From: Antedon mediterranea
Lineage: Eukaryota; Animalia; Echinodermata
Direction: 5' to 3'
DNA length: 64,000 nt
NCBI RefSeq assembly: GCF_964355755.1
Contig: NC_092670.1
Location: 24,290,795-24,354,794 of the forward strand
The translations under genes were made by a program, and so were the position numbers. Shown one piece after another: positions 60,151 to 64,000 of the stretch (position 1 is the first letter of the stretch; each line of letters begins with the position of its first letter). Below the pieces are notes generated by a model, which saw nothing but the letters and a program-made list of their open reading frames with translations, ran no database searches and had not been told where the DNA came from.

Positions 60151-63100
60151 CCCGCCTCAACCCACCCCAAGTAAAACAATTATTATTATAGAACAATGCA
60201 GGTTATCATATATATACTTATCGCTGCAAATTATTACTCTGGACATGTTTGATTTAAAGTATGAGGGTGCGCGTGCGCGTCGGGATCTCAGTTTACACCC
60301 CACTCACATATTCATAAAATAGTGATCAAACTTCAACTTACAGGTAAGTCTCGTTTAATCTTCCTAATATATTTCATTTATAATGTATGTATAAACATAT
60401 ATTCATTTCATATTTTTTTTAACATTTTTAAATTTAAAAATTATTACAATACCTATCTACCTTTCTGATATTGTTACTATTATATAATGTTTTTTGAGGC
60501 AGCAATAAAAAAAAATTAAAAAATTTATTTGACTTATACTGTACTATGTTAGTTCAGGAGATGAAGTGTGTGTGGGCAGAAACTAGTGTGTTGGAGGTTG
60601 GTGGTGTGAGGTGTATAGTTGTCACTTTAAGACCTAAATTAGATGTTTTCTGAAGAAAAGAAGTAAACGGATACGCTTTCAAACAACTCCAAGAAGATTC
60701 ACACAAAAATAATTACTTTCCAATAAAATAGTATAACAGTGTATATTACAGTACATTGAATAAACTCGAGCGGAATAATAACACACATAAAAAACATTCA
60801 TTTTCTTGTCGAAAAGTGCCCTCTCTAGTTTTCTATTAATTTATTAATAATTATTATCAATTAATGAGTAATATGAACATATTTTTAAAATTTAATGCTG
60901 GAAACTGTATCTACTCCTAACAAAGTTTCATATCTCCAAATTTCATCAACGTATTCAAAGCACTTAAATAAATTACATTTAACATTACAAATTCAGGTTT
61001 TGGATATAATTTTGCTTAAAAACATATACAAAAAACATCGATAAAAAATACTTTTCGTATTCAAAAACATTTGATACTTGGTTTAAATGTTCAATATAGG
61101 TTGCTCCATCCATATTGCAAACCAAAAATAACTATCAAGCCATATCACTGATTTTTTAAATTTACGTTTTTACAAAATGTACACTTATGAAAGACCATAC
61201 AATTCCAACTCATTTTTTTCAAGCTAATAACTATTTTGAAAAAACAACCAACAAAAAACGTTCATGAATGCAATTTTTTTCTGTGAATAGAGCAACCTAT
61301 AGTGAACATTTATACCAAGTATCAAATGTTTTTGAATACGAAAAGTATTTTTTATCGATGTTTTTTGTATATGTTTTTAAGCAAAATTCTATCCAAAACC
61401 CGAATTTTTATGTTAAATGTGATATTTAATATTGAAGTGCTTTTAATACGTTGATGAAATTTGGAGATATGAAACTTTGTTAGGAGTAGAACCAGCTTCC
61501 AGCATTGAATGTTAAAAATATGTTCATATTACTCATTAATTAATAATAATTATTAATAAATTAATAGAAAATTAGAGAGGGCACTTTTCGAAAAGAAAAT
61601 GAATGTTTTTTTATGTGCGTTATTATTCCACTCGAGTTTATTCAATGTACTGTAATATACACTGTTATACTACTTTATTGGAAAGTAATTATTTTTGTGT
61701 GAATCTTCTTGGAGTTGTTTGAAAGCGTATGCGCTTACTTCTTTTCTTCAGAAAACATCTAATTTAGATCTTAAAGTGACAACTAAACTATACACCTCAC
61801 ACCACCAACCTCCAACACACTAGTTTCTGCCCACACACACTTCATCTCCTGAACTAACATAGTACAGTATAACTCAAATTAATTGTTCTAATTTTTTTTT
61901 TATTGCTGCCTCAAAAAATATTATATAATAGTAACAATATCAGAAAGGTAGATAGGTATTGTAATAATTTTTAAATTTAAAAATGTTTAAAGAAATATGA
62001 ATATATGTTTATACATACATTATAAATGAAATATATTAACTACTATTTTAGTAATGCATACACAAGTACAGAATATCAGAAATCAATGAATCATGTGTCT
62101 AAATGTGGCATTATTAGGCTAATTTGCTTTGAGAAAAACATTGATGCCATTGGCCTATACAAAAAATCAAGGCAATTAGACAAAATATTTACATAAACAA
62201 TTAATACTAATATTGGTAGGCATAAAATAATAGTGTATATAAACTTTCCTTAAATAGTAACAGTATAGGGCCTTACCAATTTACTTAATACATAATATAT
62301 GAACTATATTACACAAAAGAAATATAAATGAATTTATAAGGACATGATGATTATCAAAAATAGTCAATATAATTAAATTTTAAACTCATTACCGGCATTA
62401 TAAATAATAATTTAAAAAGATGAGAATGCAAGTAAATATCAGATTCATAGTCCTCATTATACACAATGATTTTCTACTATCACATATTAAAATATAAAAC
62501 AATCATGTAGCCTTTAATGAGTTTACATGGAGGTCTATTCAAATAAATTTAAATAAAAGGGTTCGTGGAAATTGAAGTTAGGATTCCATCATTTCAACAA
62601 CAAAAAATATTCAAAATATCCTGCCAGTCTGCGTTCAAAAACCTGCTTAGTTTTTAATACGAGTACTGCTTTCTATACACATAAATTTGATTTCTGCAAA
62701 AAAAAAAAAAACTCTGTAATAATGTACTTTAATTACTGTAATAATCTAGGTATAGATTATGTTGACCGGGCCAGTGAGAGGGCGATCGACTGTACTACCA
62801 TAAGTCCTCTAGTGTATACAACTTATTTCTTGTCTACAAAGTGTATAGTAGTATGCAAATAGTACTATTATTAGATTAGGTAGTTGGGAGTACTTTGGAG
62901 AGATACATTTATTTATAAAAGAGTACTGTATATATGGAACTATCTGTGTTAGCCGCCTTTGTATTTTTAGATATAATACCAATAGGTACTATGTATTGGG
63001 AAACAATTCAACAGTTATGAATAAAAAAAGTCCTATTTACTCTGTATGTTGGAGGAAATAAGCATAAGAGCAAAGAAAGCCTTGACCACATGGTGTAAGT

Positions 63101-64000
63101 CACTATTTTGAATCAGTAGTATGACTTCTTAAGAAGTAATTTAAAAATTATCATTGTATGATCAAAAAGAAATATTATAATATCTAACTTTCTCCATTAT
63201 ATAAATATATTATTTTATCCAAGGGGTTGCAAACACAACTGTTCACATGTCTTGTTAAGTATTGCACCTTTGTCCTGTCTTTATGTTGTCTGTAATGTCA
63301 CTGCACTAACGGGTGACTGGTAAACGAGCTTCGCTCTTACGGTTATCCATCCATATAAGTTGTTCATCTCTTATGTTCAGAAATTGAAATGGTAAATAAA
63401 CTGAAACTGAAACTGTGCTAATGTGGTACAGGTTGACGAGCCAGGAATGATGGTAGTGCCAGTATACCGTGTAATTTAGCCTCAAGGCAATACCATGTAG
63501 CTGGAGTAGCTTGGACAAATACAGTAGAGATTTATGAGACTTGGTGTGTGATGATTCAGTATGATAAATTTGTGCTGTGAAAGACAAAATTGTAGAATTA
63601 GGAAGAAAATATTGTAAAATATAACAAGGAAATTATACTATAGTATAATTAAGGGGTAACCGTATAATACATAATTAATAGTAATAAAGGCAATGGCAAT
63701 TACTTATATTATGTATACATTACAATATTACAAATAAATTCATATATTATTTTATTATAAGGAAATCTGTTTTAGAATGAGAAAAAGCCGTCCCAACCCA
63801 GATTTGAACCCAGCTATCAATAAAGCTATAAAACAAAATAGACCATATTGTAGCCGGACTGGGTAGCGTAGACTTACTTGAGGCCTAGGCATAGTACGAT
63901 TAGCTAGAAGGATACAGGTTAACCCGTACCCATGCATGCCATGCCAACACGCTCGTACCCAAATTTTGGTTTACATATATCCAAAATTTTGGCTTACTTG

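Larger units (their letters stand above)
55414..60364 (+). mobile_element. DIRS1-type retrotransposon, full length (copy 2)
   Basis: Left ITR 55414-55472, ICR 60039-60150, right ITR plus extension 60260-60364; TA on both flanks. Confidence 0.95.
52611..64000. mobile_element. Foldback element copy 3, inverted relative to copy 1; runs off the window end
   Basis: Positions mirror copy 1 with coordinate sum 99016 (e.g. 40242/58774, 46386/52630); the DIRS-bearing arm comes first. Confidence 0.92.

Overview
AT-rich animal genomic DNA; spliceosomal introns and AGGCCTAG low-complexity tracts suggest a marine invertebrate, possibly an echinoderm (a guess). Left half (1-29.5 kb): decayed retroelements (Penelope-like RT, LINE fragments, a 5S-derived SINE), several MITEs, a 7-kb degraded CACTA/EnSpm element with subterminal satellites, and one host gene. 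That gene is a minus-strand LRR-containing GPCR (RXFP/GRL101-like, about 654 aa, 13062-28220) whose 72-nt LRR exons are being duplicated and lost. Right half (29.5-64 kb): a stack of copies of a giant palindromic (foldback) DNA element with ~3.5-kb arms and a fixed terminus TATGGCAAGCCTCAGCTGTCTGAAG, found at five junctions. One arm carries a Kolobok-type element containing a Gypsy LTR+gag; the other carries a structurally complete DIRS1-type retrotransposon. Two junctions cut opposite strands of the same hexamer (terminus nt 20-25), implying a 6-nt stagger and repeated insertion of the element into its own ends. The DIRS shows odd expression logic: an RF2-like ATT-TGA-C frame break, an in-frame gag-pol fusion, and an ATG-less recombinase behind a strong splice acceptor. 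Coordinates were read by eye; family names come from recalled motifs, not database searches.
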